Part shown: piece after piece, positions 30,693 to 43,326 of the stretch
Layout of the letters: each line of letters begins with the position of its first letter
Numbering within the stretch: the stretch's first letter is position 1
Origin: an uncultured Archaeoglobales archaeon
GTDB taxonomy: Archaea > Halobacteriota > Archaeoglobi > Archaeoglobales > Archaeoglobaceae
Direction: 5' to 3'
DNA: 64,000 bases
NCBI GenBank assembly: GCA_965613355.1
Contig: CBFDVJ010000001.1
Coordinates: forward strand, 22,688 to 86,687
Program-made: the position numbers and the translations under genes
Notes under the pieces: model-generated
Told to the model about the DNA's origin: nothing
What the model saw: the letters and a program-made list of their open reading frames with translations, nothing else
The model's database searches: none

Positions 30693-32135
30693 TTAAGCGA
30701 TTCTTTTAACCTCCTTCCAATCTATTTCCCTAAATCTCCTTTCAAACCATTTTTTTAAGGCAATATAACTGTTTCTCACAATAATTCCCCTGAAACCCTG
30801 CATATAATCTTTTATTATCGAATCTAAATGTCTAAGATTGTGTTCAGCGCATTTTCTCAGAATTTCATAGTGTAGAATTTTCATTTCTTCAAATCTGAAA
30901 AATTTCTCGTTTCTGAGGGCTGAGGTTTCCATTGGAATGAAGAAGAGAGGAACGATTAAAGATCTGAACCTCCTAACCCTATCGAGTAGATCAAGGGTTT
31001 CGGCAAGATCCTCTTCATTTTCACCAGGAAGCCCCATGACAAGGGTCACGGCAGGAATCCAGTTGTTTTCCTCCATAATCTCGAAAGCTTGAACCACGAC
31101 CTCTTTCCAATCTTCTGGCTTAAACGGATAGGGCTTTGCCTGCATATATTTAGCTATAAGCCTCGAACTGCCAGTTTCCATTCCCGTTTGAACCCCAACA
31201 AAATCTGAAGCTATGATTTCAGTTACTTTTTCTACGAGTTCCGGGTTAGCAGCAACGGAAGCAAGTGAGCAGTGACTTATCCCTATGTTTTTGGTAAGCT
31301 CTCTAACCTTCCTGAAAAGGGTTACAACTTTTTCCTCATTAGGCGTTAACCTTGAGCCGTACATTAAAACATCTTCGGAATGTAGGATCACCCCATTCGT
31401 ACCATTCTTTAGATTTACCTTCACTTCCTCCAATATCTTATTTAAAGGAATGTCCTGTCTTTTCAGTCCGGTCGTTGAGCAAAATCTGCAACCTCTCCCA
31501 CAGCCCCTTGAGATTTCAACCAGACCATTTATCGAGGCGTTTTTTATTGTGGGAATTTCATCAACATTTGGACTCTTTACCACGATCTTTTTCGGAAGTC
31601 TTTCCCCACTAACTGCCCTTCTAAAAATGTCCAAAGCTACTGATTCCGCTTCTCCCACAACTATACAGTCAACGTTGAAGTTTTCCAACTCGAGCTGCCA
31701 AGATCCCGCTCCTCCTACGATTATCTTGCAGTCGTATTTCCTTATCCTTCTGATGAGGTCAAGAAATTCGATCCTCGTTGTCGGGGTGCCGTTCACAAGG
31801 GAGGCAAATGTAACACTCACTGGTCCATAGCCGAGCGGATCCATTACGGAAATTCCAACCACCTTTGCCCCATCTAGATACTCCTCAATATCAAAGGGAT
31901 GGACTGTAAGAACGTCAAAATGATCGTTGAGAATGGCTTCTATCTTTCTAAGGCCATAAGGAGCAAATTTGACGATTCCATTTTTGGTCTTAACCTTAGG
32001 ATAGAAAAGGCTTCTTACCAAAAAGGATGGGATTATTTCCTGAGGTGTACATGTTCCAAAACCCAAAAACTCTTTTCCATGATGATTACTCATCTCTGTC
32101 GCAGGAGCCGTAAGGATTATTCGCTCTTGTGCCAG
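30693..32135 (-). CDS. B12-binding-domain radical SAM protein (probable CTG start at 32135; first ATG 32093)
   Basis: CGRGCRFC cluster motif; PYGLRKIEA, IIVGGAGSWQ and GEAE motifs; GGGGGTG SD 5 nt before CTG. Confidence 0.9.
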   Translation of the reverse strand: MAQERIILTAPATEMSNHHGKEFLGFGTCTPQEIIPSFLVRSLFYPKVKTKNGIVKFAPYGLRKIEAILNDHFDVLTVHPFDIEEYLDGAKVVGISVMDPLGYGPVSVTFASLVNGTPTTRIEFLDLIRRIRKYDCKIIVGGAGSWQLELENFNVDCIVVGEAESVALDIFRRAVSGERLPKKIVVKSPNVDEIPTIKNASINGLVEISRGCGRGCRFCSTTGLKRQDIPLNKILEEVKVNLKNGTNGVILHSEDVLMYGSRLTPNEEKVVTLFRKVRELTKNIGISHCSLASVAANPELVEKVTEIIASDFVGVQTGMETGSSRLIAKYMQAKPYPFKPEDWKEVVVQAFEIMEENNWIPAVTLVMGLPGENEEDLAETLDLLDRVRRFRSLIVPLFFIPMETSALRNEKFFRFEEMKILHYEILRKCAEHNLRHLDSIIKDYMQGFRGIIVRNSYIALKKWFERRFREIDWKEVKRIA

Positions 32136-32384
32136 GTTTCCACCCCCACTTAGTCATATGCTCGAATTTTAATATATATTTCATATTATAAACTTACTCT
32201 GCTGGTAAAATTCTAAAATAAATATATTTTCTCAGATCATTTAACTTTTTTGTTTGAATTTTAAATCCTTAACCCAAAAATTGTAGAAATAACAAAAAAA
32301 TTATTGGTAGTATTTTTAGTTTTACAACTTCCCTAAGGGATCTGAAAGATAGTTATAAAATTTAATAAAAATAAAAATAAAAAA

Positions 32385-33125
32385 TTAATATTCTTTCAAT
32401 ATATCCGTAAATCCAAGTTTCATGTCGAAGTGGAAGTAAATCGTCGTTAAGATTTCTCCAATCTTTATCTTATGCACCGGATCGATCTCAGAAGGTGAGT
32501 CGTAGGTGAGAGAGGCAGTTCCACCATAAATTACCTTCTCTCCATTTGCGTTTGAGTGAAAGTCGATGTCAGCATACCATTTTACAAGTTGGGTTACTCC
32601 TCCTTTACCGTTTATCGGTGGTAAATGCCTCACTGACAGCAGGGTTGTGGGCTTAGGTAGGATAGCTGAAATAAAATCGTAGGATGCTTTATAATTCGGT
32701 TTCATTGTGAAAGTTACGAGCCTTTTTCCCGAGGGCCTTTCGAGTATGCCTTGAACCAAATCATATTCTTTTTTCAACTCTATCTTGGCAAGCTTTTTGG
32801 GAGCACCTGCTATCTCTCTGCCCGCTGCAAGTGCGGCATCGTTGGTTACGTAAATGTAAGGGATGTAGTACCCCATCTCTCCCTGAGTATCCTGAACTTG
32901 GATGACCGAGAGAAATTCATGATATTCGCCTACAGTGCTGAATGGATAGTGGGCTATCCATATCCCTCCTTGAGCCGGATCGCTAAACGGACTCAAACCC
33001 TCGGGTAGAAGATCACTCACATCTCCTTCAATAGTGAAGAACGCTGTCATCCCTTCACAATTCCTATACTCTATCTCCCCCTCCACATCATAGAGGGGTG
33101 AATCAAAGGGGATTCCCTTCACCAT
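32385..33125 (-). CDS. Acetoacetate decarboxylase family protein
   Basis: GREIAGAPKKLA Schiff-base Lys motif and GEYHE; GGAGGTG SD before ATG 33125. Confidence 0.85.
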   Translation of the reverse strand: MVKGIPFDSPLYDVEGEIEYRNCEGMTAFFTIEGDVSDLLPEGLSPFSDPAQGGIWIAHYPFSTVGEYHEFLSVIQVQDTQGEMGYYIPYIYVTNDAALAAGREIAGAPKKLAKIELKKEYDLVQGILERPSGKRLVTFTMKPNYKASYDFISAILPKPTTLLSVRHLPPINGKGGVTQLVKWYADIDFHSNANGEKVIYGGTASLTYDSPSEIDPVHKIKIGEILTTIYFHFDMKLGFTDILKEY

Positions 33126-33208
33126 TCCAAACACCTCCTAAACTAAAGTTTTAACCAATTTTAAACTAGAGATTACCCATCCTCCTCATATCCCGCTATA
33201 TCCCATTT

Positions 33209-34504
33209 CTATTCATATCTCCTTGAAATGTCTTCCACATCGTAATAATCCTTTTCGTAGTTCGAAATTACATCATCGGCTGCATCAAAACTCAAAACTT
33301 CGATGGTTCCATCCTCTATCAACAAAGCTCTAGCATCTCTGAAGAGTTTTTCTACAATAAAATCGGAACTCAATCCATACGCCCCGAAAATCTGTAAAGC
33401 TTCGTTTGCAACCTCAAAGGCTACCTTCTTGGCATAGATCTGTGCTGCTCTGGCGTGCCTCGGAAATGCGTCGAAGGTTTTCTCCACAAGAATTTTCCTG
33501 TGAACATACTCCATCGTTTTTCTGACAAAGTAGCGAGCAGTTTCCACCTTTTCAAACATCTCATAGAGCTTCAGCTTGATGTTTTTATGCTTAACAAGGG
33601 GTTTTCCTCCCTGCTCTCTCTGTCTGGCATAGGTTAAAGCCTCCTCGAATGCTGCTCTGGCAAGACCGACGGCAAAAGCCCCCATTCCACAGCTTGTCAG
33701 ACAAAGAAGTTGGTCAAAAAAGATTCCGTAAAAGGGAGTTGGAGCCACAACAACGTAATGCTCGGGAATCCAAACGTTATCGAAAAAGAGCTCTCCTTGT
33801 GGATCGTCTCTCATTCCCATCATGTCTGCAACCTTTCCTTTCCTTACTCCTTCTGCATCCAGCGGAACTATGCAGAAGATTCCGTCATAGATTGCTTTTC
33901 CATCCTTTACCTGAGCGTGAAGGCCGCAATGGGTTGCAACCGGGGCAGATGAAACCCATGCAGATTTTTGCCCTTTCAAAACCCATCCGTCCCCATCTTC
34001 CTGGGCAATAACGTTGCCCCTTCCAAATTTGTCAGCCTCCTCATCTCTGAAGCATAACAAATAATCGCTTCCGTGTTCCGGCTCGGTGACAGCCCAGCAT
34101 CCGTGATATCTGCATTCTTCATCCTCCAACCAGGGTTTTACGAGGTCTTCAACAAGCTCGTCAGGACCAAAGAGCAACGCATTAACGAAAGGTATCTGAT
34201 CGACACCTATCGCTGTAGCAAACCCAAGACTTCCCCAACCCAGCTCCTCCATGATTATGTACCTATCCAGAGCCGTCAGATCCAAACCTCCGAATTCAGG
34301 AGGTACGTGGATTTTGTGATAAGAGAGTTTTTTCATCTTTTTCATCACTTCGAAATAGGGTGAATCTCTTTTAATCCTCTCTTCTGGAGGTATTCTATCG
34401 AGTTCTATCGATGCTGGTCTTATAACTTCAGCCGCAAATCTGTGGACTTCCTCCTTCAAAATCCTATCTTCTTCAGAAAGTTCATCCAGATCGGGATACC
34501 TCAT
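33209..34504 (-). CDS. Acyl-CoA dehydrogenase (start MRYPD at 34504)
   Basis: CWAVTEPEHGSD, LKGQKSAWVS, REQGGKPL and QIFGAYG...EKLFRDARALLIEDGT. Confidence 0.95.
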   Translation of the reverse strand: MRYPDLDELSEEDRILKEEVHRFAAEVIRPASIELDRIPPEERIKRDSPYFEVMKKMKKLSYHKIHVPPEFGGLDLTALDRYIIMEELGWGSLGFATAIGVDQIPFVNALLFGPDELVEDLVKPWLEDEECRYHGCWAVTEPEHGSDYLLCFRDEEADKFGRGNVIAQEDGDGWVLKGQKSAWVSSAPVATHCGLHAQVKDGKAIYDGIFCIVPLDAEGVRKGKVADMMGMRDDPQGELFFDNVWIPEHYVVVAPTPFYGIFFDQLLCLTSCGMGAFAVGLARAAFEEALTYARQREQGGKPLVKHKNIKLKLYEMFEKVETARYFVRKTMEYVHRKILVEKTFDAFPRHARAAQIYAKKVAFEVANEALQIFGAYGLSSDFIVEKLFRDARALLIEDGTIEVLSFDAADDVISNYEKDYYDVEDISRRYE

Positions 34505-34782
34505 AGAACCACCAGATTTTGAATCAATCTTAATTTTGAAATTAATTAATTTAGAACATAAGAACATATATTAACTTTATCTAGCTTTATCTAACTTTAT
34601 CCACCCCAAATCTAGAGTTAGCGTCGATCAAAGAACATCTGGATACCAATTAAATTCAGTTAGACCGTATCTCTGGATCTATCGGTGGTTTAGCCAACTA
34701 TCCAGCCAACTATCCTCTAAAAAGAACAAAGGAGAATAAAAGAGGATAAAGATTAATAACTTGTTAAATTAAAAAACATGAG

Positions 34783-35493
34783 ATGAGAGGTAATTCAAGA
34801 AGCTCAAAAAATAAAAATAATTTAAAGGATATTCATAAAGCTGACATACCCGATCCTTATTTTGAAAAAAGATTGAGGCTAATGAACAGATTAAAAGATG
34901 AGCTCAATCTGAGTGAGAGAGTCTACAAGGCCATGTTAAAAGTCCCAAGACATCTTTTCGTGCCCTTCAACTATAGAGACGATGCCTATGCGGACACACC
35001 CCTACCTATAGGAAAGGATCAAACGATCAGCGCACCCCACATGGTTGCGATAATGTGTGAACTCCTCGATCTCAAAGAAGGACATAAAGTCTTAGAAGTT
35101 GGAACGGGAAGAGGATATCATGCTGCTGTTGTGGCGGAACTCATTGGTAAAAAGGGGAAAGTTATCACAGTAGAGAGGATAGAGGAACTTGCAAGAAAGG
35201 CGAGAGAAGTTCTTGAATCTCTCGGTTACACGAATGTTAGAGTTGTGGTAGGAGATGGAAGTAAGGGATTCGAGGAGGAGGCTCCATACGACAGAATTTT
35301 CGTCACAGCCTCAGCACCAGATGTTCCAAAACCTTTAATCGATCAGCTTAAGCTAGGGGGAAAGATAGTCCTGCCGATTGGAAATTTCATGCAAAACCTG
35401 GTTATCGTAGAGAAAGATGAAGGTGGGGAGATAAAAAAGAAACCATGGGGTGCCGTGAGATTCGTTCCCTTGGTTGGAGAATATGGTTTCTAG
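34783..35493 (+). CDS. pcm: Protein-L-isoaspartate O-methyltransferase
   Basis: AMLKVPRHLFVP, QTISAPHMVA, VLEVGTGRGY and APYDRI motifs. Confidence 0.95.
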   Translation: MRGNSRSSKNKNNLKDIHKADIPDPYFEKRLRLMNRLKDELNLSERVYKAMLKVPRHLFVPFNYRDDAYADTPLPIGKDQTISAPHMVAIMCELLDLKEGHKVLEVGTGRGYHAAVVAELIGKKGKVITVERIEELARKAREVLESLGYTNVRVVVGDGSKGFEEEAPYDRIFVTASAPDVPKPLIDQLKLGGKIVLPIGNFMQNLVIVEKDEGGEIKKKPWGAVRFVPLVGEYGF

Positions 35494-35647
35494 GGGGGAT
35501 TAGTGGGGAATTGAAGCATGAGTAACCCATACTGAGAATTTAGATGTAAAGACCCCACCAACAAATTTTAAAAACCCTAGCCTCATAATTTACAAGGAAA
35601 AAAATTTATATCCAGAGGCTATTGTCTTTAAGACTGGAAAAACTTCT

Positions 35648-35721
35648 GGGCTCGTAGCTCAGCCAGGCAGAGCAACGGGCTTTTAACCCGTTGGCCGCGG
35701 GTTCAAATCCCGTCGAGCCCG
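35648..35721 (+). tRNA. tRNA-Lys (anticodon TTT), no intron, CCA not encoded
   Basis: Acceptor GGGCTCG/CGAGCCC; anticodon arm ACGGG-CTTTTAA-CCCGT; T loop TTCAAAT. Confidence 0.97.
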
Positions 35722-35746
35722 TTCACCCAATGATGGAGGAGTGAGA

Positions 35747-35980
35747 ATGAGCAAAATCAGACTGCAGGATCACATACTCGTACCAAAGCATGAGCTCTTG
35801 AGTGAAGAGGAGGCTGAGAAGATCTTAGAAACTTTAAAGCTGAACAAAGAACAGCTACCAAAGATAAAAGTTGATGATCCCATAGCCAAAGAGATTGGAG
35901 CAAAGGTGGGAGATATAATAAGGATAGAAAGAGAAAGTCCCACATCGGGAAGGTCGATAGCTTATAGACTGGTTGTTTAA
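35747..35980 (+). CDS. rpoH: RNA polymerase subunit H (Rpo5)
   Basis: HILVPKHELLS, QLPKI and DPIAKEIGAKVGD. Confidence 0.97.
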   Translation: MSKIRLQDHILVPKHELLSEEEAEKILETLKLNKEQLPKIKVDDPIAKEIGAKVGDIIRIERESPTSGRSIAYRLVV

Positions 35981-36117
35981 AATTTAAATATATACAAAAA
36001 AATATGAAAACGGAAGTGGAGTGATTGGACTTGAATGATTTTTTAGGATTAGTTTATGGTATCAATTTAGTATTGAGAGCCGAGATCGATTCTGAAAAAA
36101 TTTTAGAGGTGTAAGGA

Positions 36118-37647
36118 ATGTTGGATAGGAGAGTTCTTGCGAGAGCGTATTTTACCCATGAGAGACTCGTAAGGCACCAGATCGATTCCTTTAATAGATT
36201 CATTGAGGAGGGGCTTCAAAAGGTCATAGACGAGCAGAAAAAGATCGAACTTGATATACCAGACACCTATGTAAAATTAGGTAGAATATGGGTGGATAGA
36301 CCTATAATAAGAGAAGCAGACGGTTCTGAACCTCCTCTCGTTCCCTCTACCGCAAGGCTAAGAAACCTAACCTATGCCGCCAAGGTGCACCTTCATGCGC
36401 AGGTGGTTGATGAGGGTAGAGAGTTGGAGGAGGAAGTTGTAACCATAGGAATGCTTCCAATAATGGTGAAATCGAATAGGTGTAACCTCCACCCAGACAA
36501 CATCGATGACACGATCGAGAGGCTGAGATACCCTCTACCTTCAACCTACGAGAAAAAGTTGGCCTTGTTAGGAGAAGATCCCCTCGATCCCGGTGGACAT
36601 TTTATCATAAACGGAAGCGAAAGGGCTTTGATGACTCTGGAGGATCTTGCTCCAAACAAGATCCTTCTTGAGAAAGAGGAGAGATACGGTGAGAGTATAG
36701 AGATTGCAAAGGTTTTCAGCCAGAGATCTGGATACAGAGCACTTGTTGTTGTTGAAAGGAACAAGAATAACATCCTAGAAGTTTCTTTCCCCCAGATTCC
36801 AAAAACAATCCAGTTTGTTACCCTTATGAAAGCTCTTGGCGTGGAAACAGATCAGGAAATCGTTACCATGGTGAGCGAAAATCCAGAAATGATGAAGTTC
36901 ATGCTGGAAAATATAGAGGTTGCAGAAGTTGAGACTCAAGAAGAGGCGATTGAACTCATTGGGAGGAGGGTTGCTCCTGGCCAGAGTAGAGAGTACAAGC
37001 TCAGCAGGGCAAACCAGGTTATCGATCAGTATTTCCTTCCTCATCTAGGTACAACCCCAGAAAGCAGAAGAGCGAAGGCTTTCTTCCTCGCAAGAATGGC
37101 CGAAGCGGTGCTTGAGCTAACTTTAGGGCTAAGAATGGAGGACGATAAAGACCATTATGCCAACAAAAGGTTGAAACTTGCTGGAGATCTCATGGAGGAA
37201 ATTTTCAGGGTTGCATTTCTCAGGCTGATAAAGGACGTGAAATATCAACTTGAGAGAGCTAAAGTTAGAGGGAGACCTTTGAAGATGAGCACGGCTGTAA
37301 GGAGTGATGTCCTGACTGACAGAATAATGCATCCCATGGCTACGGGAAATTGGGTTGGCGGTAGAACGGGAGTCTCGCAGCTAATCGACAGACATAACTA
37401 CATCTCCGTCCTTTCTCATCTAAGAAGGGTTATATCTCCCCTTTCACGTTCCCAGCCCCACTTTGAGGCGAGAGATTTGCATCCCACGCAGTGGGGTAGA
37501 ATTTGCCCAAGTGAGACTCCCGAGGGGCCTAACTGTGGTTTGGTCAAGAACTTTGCCCAGTATGCAGAGGTTAGCGTAGGAACAGATGAGAAAGAGATCC
37601 TTGAGACGCTTTTTGATCTGGGCGTTGAACCGATAAGAGGGAGCTAA
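36118..37647 (+). CDS. rpoB2: RNA polymerase subunit B'' (Rpo2N)
   Basis: [13 protein letters not shown] and [27 protein letters not shown]. Confidence 0.97.
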   Translation: MLDRRVLARAYFTHERLVRHQIDSFNRFIEEGLQKVIDEQKKIELDIPDTYVKLGRIWVDRPIIREADGSEPPLVPSTARLRNLTYAAKVHLHAQVVDEGRELEEEVVTIGMLPIMVKSNRCNLHPDNIDDTIERLRYPLPSTYEKKLALLGEDPLDPGGHFIINGSERALMTLEDLAPNKILLEKEERYGESIEIAKVFSQRSGYRALVVVERNKNNILEVSFPQIPKTIQFVTLMKALGVETDQEIVTMVSENPEMMKFMLENIEVAEVETQEEAIELIGRRVAPGQSREYKLSRANQVIDQYFLPHLGTTPESRRAKAFFLARMAEAVLELTLGLRMEDDKDHYANKRLKLAGDLMEEIFRVAFLRLIKDVKYQLERAKVRGRPLKMSTAVRSDVLTDRIMHPMATGNWVGGRTGVSQLIDRHNYISVLSHLRRVISPLSRSQPHFEARDLHPTQWGRICPSETPEGPNCGLVKNFAQYAEVSVGTDEKEILETLFDLGVEPIRGS

Positions 37648-37663
37648 AAAGGAGGCCATCATT

Positions 37664-39475
37664 ATGAAAGCTAGAGTTTACGTTAATGGAGCTCTTATAG
37701 GATTTTATGAGGATGGAGAGAAGCTTGCTAACCATATAAGAAGGCTCAGAAGGGCTGGAAAAATTTCAAATCAGGTTAATGTTGCATATTACCCAGATTC
37801 TAATGAAGTGAGAATTAACACCGATGCAGGAAGGGCGAGAAGACCTTTGATCGTTGTGAGAGGTGGGGAGCCTGCTGTCAAGCCCGAACACATCGAGCTT
37901 CTGAAATCAGGTGAAATAACATTCGACGACTTGATAAAGATCGGAGTTATTGAGTTCCTTGATTCTGAAGAGGAGGAAAATGCATACGTCGCTGTGAACG
38001 AGGAGGATCTAACGATTGAGCATACCCATCTCGAACTCGATCCAGCACTCATAGTTGGAATTTGCACGGGTTCGATCCCATACCCAGAGCATAATGCATC
38101 GCCAAGAAACACAATGGGAGCTGCAATGATTAAACAGAGCCTTGGATTGCCATTTTCAAACCTTGACTGGAGGGCAGATACGAGAGGGCATCTTTTGCAC
38201 TACCCACAGATACCTATCGTCACAACCGATACGCAGCTTGAGATAAAGTTTGATGAGAGGCCGGCAGGCCAGAACTTCGTTGTAGCCGTGGTAAGCTATG
38301 AGGGCTATAATATTGAAGATGCCCTAATTTTCAACAAAGCAAGCATTGAAAGAGGCCTTGGAAGAAGTCACTTCTTCAGAACCTACGAGACGGAGGAGAT
38401 GAGATATCCTGGGGGCCAAGAAGACAAGTTCGAGATTCCTGGTGCTGACATCTCCGGCTTCAGAGGAGCTGAAGCTTACGCCCATCTCGATGAGGATGGA
38501 CTCGTTTTTCCCGAAACGGAGGTTGGGCCAGATGATGTTCTGATAGGAAAAACATCTCCGCCGAGGTTCCTTGAGGAACCAACCGAACTCGGAATTTCGC
38601 CGCAAAAGAGAAGGGAGACTTCCATAACGATGCGCTCAAACGAGAAGGGGATCGTTGATAGGGTTTTTCTAGCACAGTCAGAGGGAGGATCGAAGCTTGC
38701 GAAAGTGAGAGTTAGAGATCTAAGAATCCCCGAACTTGGTGACAAGTTCGCATCAAGGCATGGTCAGAAGGGTGTAATTGGATTGATAGTCCCAGAAGAG
38801 GACATGCCCTTCTCTGAAAGCGGAATAGTGCCGGATGTAATCATCAACCCCCATGCGATTCCATCGAGAATGACCGTCGGCCACGTGCTCGAGATGATAG
38901 GTGGTAAAGTTGGTGCACTCGAGGGAAGAAGGATAGATGCGACGATTTTCTATGGAGAGAAGGAGAAAGATCTCAGAGAGACTCTGAAAAAGTACGGATT
39001 CTCCCATACATGCAAGGAAGTTATGTACGACGGCATAACGGGAAAAAGATTCGTCGCAGACATCTTTGTCGGAGTTATCTACTATCAGAAGCTGTATCAC
39101 ATGGCATCAAGCAAGATCCATGCAAGGAGCAGAGGGCCCGTGCAAGTCCTCACAAGGCAGCCCACCGAGGGCAGAGCGAGGAAAGGAGGACTAAGGTTCG
39201 GAGAGATGGAAAGGGATGTTCTGATAGGTCATGGGGCTGCGTTACTTCTGAAAGACAGATTGCTTGAAGAATCGGACAAAGTTGAAGTTTATGTATGCGG
39301 CAATTGCGGTCACGTCGCAACATTCGACTACAGAAAGAACACTGCCTACTGCCATGTATGCGACGACGACACGAACATCCACAAAGTTGTTATGAGCTAC
39401 GCCTTCAAGCTCCTTCTCGATGAGTTGAAGTCCATGATGGTTGCTCCAAGGCTTATCCTTGGAGATAAAGCCTAA
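37664..39475 (+). CDS. rpoB1: RNA polymerase subunit B' (Rpo2C)
   Basis: [19 protein letters not shown] and [11 protein letters not shown]; C-terminal Zn finger. Confidence 0.97.
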   Translation: MKARVYVNGALIGFYEDGEKLANHIRRLRRAGKISNQVNVAYYPDSNEVRINTDAGRARRPLIVVRGGEPAVKPEHIELLKSGEITFDDLIKIGVIEFLDSEEEENAYVAVNEEDLTIEHTHLELDPALIVGICTGSIPYPEHNASPRNTMGAAMIKQSLGLPFSNLDWRADTRGHLLHYPQIPIVTTDTQLEIKFDERPAGQNFVVAVVSYEGYNIEDALIFNKASIERGLGRSHFFRTYETEEMRYPGGQEDKFEIPGADISGFRGAEAYAHLDEDGLVFPETEVGPDDVLIGKTSPPRFLEEPTELGISPQKRRETSITMRSNEKGIVDRVFLAQSEGGSKLAKVRVRDLRIPELGDKFASRHGQKGVIGLIVPEEDMPFSESGIVPDVIINPHAIPSRMTVGHVLEMIGGKVGALEGRRIDATIFYGEKEKDLRETLKKYGFSHTCKEVMYDGITGKRFVADIFVGVIYYQKLYHMASSKIHARSRGPVQVLTRQPTEGRARKGGLRFGEMERDVLIGHGAALLLKDRLLEESDKVEVYVCGNCGHVATFDYRKNTAYCHVCDDDTNIHKVVMSYAFKLLLDELKSMMVAPRLILGDKA

Positions 39476-39494
39476 TTTATTAAGAGGTGTTAGA

Positions 39495-42128
39495 ATGATC
39501 CCAAAAAGAATAGAGTCGATTAGATTTGAGGTTTTAAGTCCTCAGGAAATCAGGAGAATGAGCGTATCCAAGATCATAACTCCAGAAACGTATGACGATG
39601 ATGGATTCCCGATTGAAGCGGGATTAATGGATCCTAAATTAGGAGTCATAGATCCCGGCTTGAGATGCAAAACGTGCGGTGGAAAAGCAGGCGAATGTCC
39701 TGGCCATTTCGGGCACATAGAGCTTGCTGCTCCCGTTATCCACGTCGGTTATGCCAAGCTTATCGCTAAGCTGCTGAGCTCCACTTGCAGGGAGTGCGGG
39801 AGGGTTCTGCTTAGAGACTCCAAAAAAGAGGAATTCATTTCGGAGATTGAAAGAAGAAAGCAGCTAGGCCAAGACTATGAAAACGTCGTTAAAGAGGTTT
39901 TCAGGATAACCAAGCCCATCAAGAAGTGTCCCCATTGCGGGGCTGACCAGTTCGATATAAAGTTCGAAAAGCCCACATTCGTTTATGAAGGAGACCACAG
40001 GCTCACACCCAAAGATGTTAGAGAAAGACTCGAAAGGATTCCAACTGATGATCTGTTAGTCTTCGGACTCGATCCCAAAGCTGTAAGACCGGAATGGATG
40101 GTTCTTACCGTTCTTCCCGTGCCACCCGTAACGGTCCGACCATCCATAATCCTCGAGACAGGGCAGAGGAGCGAGGACGATCTAACGCATAAGCTCGTTG
40201 ACATAATCAGGATAAACCAGAGATTTATTGAGAACAAGGAAGCGGGAGCTCCACAGCTAATTCTTGAGGATCTTTGGGAGCTCTTACAGTATCACGTTAC
40301 AACATATCTCGACAACGAAGTGAGTGGAATTCCTCCGGCAAGACACAGAAGTGGGAGGCCTTTGAAGACGATAGCTCAGAGACTTAAGGGCAAGGAAGGA
40401 AGGTTTAGAGGGAGTCTTTCAGGTAAAAGAGTTAATTTTTCAGCTAGGACCGTTATAAGCCCCGATCCAAATCTCAGTATAATGGAGGTTGGAGTTCCAA
40501 TTGCAATCGCAAAAGAGCTAACAGTTCCGATTTACGTTACTCCAAACAACATTGAGGAGGCCAGAGAATATATCCTCAGAACGGAGCATCCAAGAGCAAA
40601 CTATGTGATAAGGAACGATGGAAGGAGGATAAGGGTTCTCGACCTTAATGCCGAAGAGATTGCTGAGAAGCTGGAGCCTGGCTGGATCGTTGAAAGACAG
40701 CTCAAGGATGGAGACATAGTCCTCTTTAACAGACAGCCCTCTCTGCACAGAATGAGTATAATGGCCCATTACGTCAAAGTTCTGCCCTACAAGACCTTCA
40801 GACTCAATCCAGCGGTCTGTCCACCATATAACGCTGACTTTGATGGAGATGAAATGAATTTACATGTTCCCCAAAGCCTCGAAGCCCAAGCTGAGGCGAA
40901 AATCCTGATGGCAATCCAGGAGCACATCCTCTCGCCGAGATTCGGCGGGCCGATTATTGGAGGTATCCACGACCACATAAGCGGACTCTACCTGTTAACA
41001 AGAGGAGAGAAGAAGTTCACCAAAGAGGAGGTAATCTATCTCACGAGAAGGCTCAACATCGACAAGATCCCTGAGCCAAAGTACGACGGGATGTGGACCG
41101 GGAAGCAGATATTCAGCATGATTTTGCCTGAGATTTCACTGGAGTATAAAGCGGAGATATGTCAGGGCTGCGAGGAATGCAAGAAGGAGAACTGCGAACA
41201 TGATGCATACGTGATAATAAAGAAAGGAGAGCTTTTGAAGGGTACGATTGATGAAAAATCAGTCGGAGCGTTCAAGGGAATCATTATAGATGAAATCATG
41301 AGGAAGTTCGGGCCGGAGGAGACAAGGAAGTTCATCGATAACATGACCCAGCTTTCGATAAGGGCGATAATGAATGCCGGCTTTTCCTTCGGGATAAACG
41401 ATGAAGAAATCCCGGATGAAGCTATCCAGCAGATCAGGGAGGTTCTTGATGAGGCTGAAAAGAAGGTGGACGAGCTTATCGAGCAGTACAGGGAGGGAAA
41501 TCTCGAGCCAATGCCAGGAAGGAGCATTGAAGAGACACTTGAGATGAAAATTATGCAAGTGCTGGGAAGAGCGAGAGACAGGGCAGGAAACATAGCAAGC
41601 AAATATCTCGGCATGGAGAATTCAGCCGTTATAATGGCAGTAAGTGGTGCTAGAGGTTCTATGCTCAACCTCACCCAGATGGCCGCATGCATAGGCCAGC
41701 AGTCCGTGAGAGGAGAGAGGATAAAGAGGGGCTATACCTACACAAACAGAACGCTCTCCCACTTCAAGCCCGGGGAGCTCGGATCGAGGGCGAGAGGATT
41801 TGTGAGGAGCAGTTATAAGGAAGGATTAAGCCCAGTTGAATTCTTCTTCCACTCGATAGGAGGGAGAGAGGGGCTCGTAGACACAGCCGTAAGAACATCA
41901 CAGTCAGGTTATCTCCAGAGAAGACTGATCAACGCTCTTCAGGATCTTAAGGTTGATTACGATGGAACTGTAAAGGAGCAGACCTCAAACATGGTTATCC
42001 AGTTCAAATACGGAGAAGACGGTGTAGATCCTATGAAGAGCTTCAGAGGAAAGGCAGTTGATGTAAGAAGAATCATGAGAGAAGTTCTCGGTGAGGAATT
42101 CGAGGAGGCAAAACAGGCGAAGGAGTAG
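39495..42128 (+). CDS. rpoA1: RNA polymerase subunit A' (Rpo1N); real start MIPK at 39495
   Basis: Catalytic YNADFDGDEM motif, Zn-binding Cys motifs and TSQSGYLQRRL. Confidence 0.97.
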   Translation: MIPKRIESIRFEVLSPQEIRRMSVSKIITPETYDDDGFPIEAGLMDPKLGVIDPGLRCKTCGGKAGECPGHFGHIELAAPVIHVGYAKLIAKLLSSTCRECGRVLLRDSKKEEFISEIERRKQLGQDYENVVKEVFRITKPIKKCPHCGADQFDIKFEKPTFVYEGDHRLTPKDVRERLERIPTDDLLVFGLDPKAVRPEWMVLTVLPVPPVTVRPSIILETGQRSEDDLTHKLVDIIRINQRFIENKEAGAPQLILEDLWELLQYHVTTYLDNEVSGIPPARHRSGRPLKTIAQRLKGKEGRFRGSLSGKRVNFSARTVISPDPNLSIMEVGVPIAIAKELTVPIYVTPNNIEEAREYILRTEHPRANYVIRNDGRRIRVLDLNAEEIAEKLEPGWIVERQLKDGDIVLFNRQPSLHRMSIMAHYVKVLPYKTFRLNPAVCPPYNADFDGDEMNLHVPQSLEAQAEAKILMAIQEHILSPRFGGPIIGGIHDHISGLYLLTRGEKKFTKEEVIYLTRRLNIDKIPEPKYDGMWTGKQIFSMILPEISLEYKAEICQGCEECKKENCEHDAYVIIKKGELLKGTIDEKSVGAFKGIIIDEIMRKFGPEETRKFIDNMTQLSIRAIMNAGFSFGINDEEIPDEAIQQIREVLDEAEKKVDELIEQYREGNLEPMPGRSIEETLEMKIMQVLGRARDRAGNIASKYLGMENSAVIMAVSGARGSMLNLTQMAACIGQQSVRGERIKRGYTYTNRTLSHFKPGELGSRARGFVRSSYKEGLSPVEFFFHSIGGREGLVDTAVRTSQSGYLQRRLINALQDLKVDYDGTVKEQTSNMVIQFKYGEDGVDPMKSFRGKAVDVRRIMREVLGEEFEEAKQAKE

Positions 42129-42168
42129 AGGAGTTGAAAGTAGTTTGAATGCGAGAAGAGGTGGTTAG

Positions 42169-43308
<1,140 letters not shown>

Positions 43309-43326
43309 GCAAGCGAGGTGGAGAGC

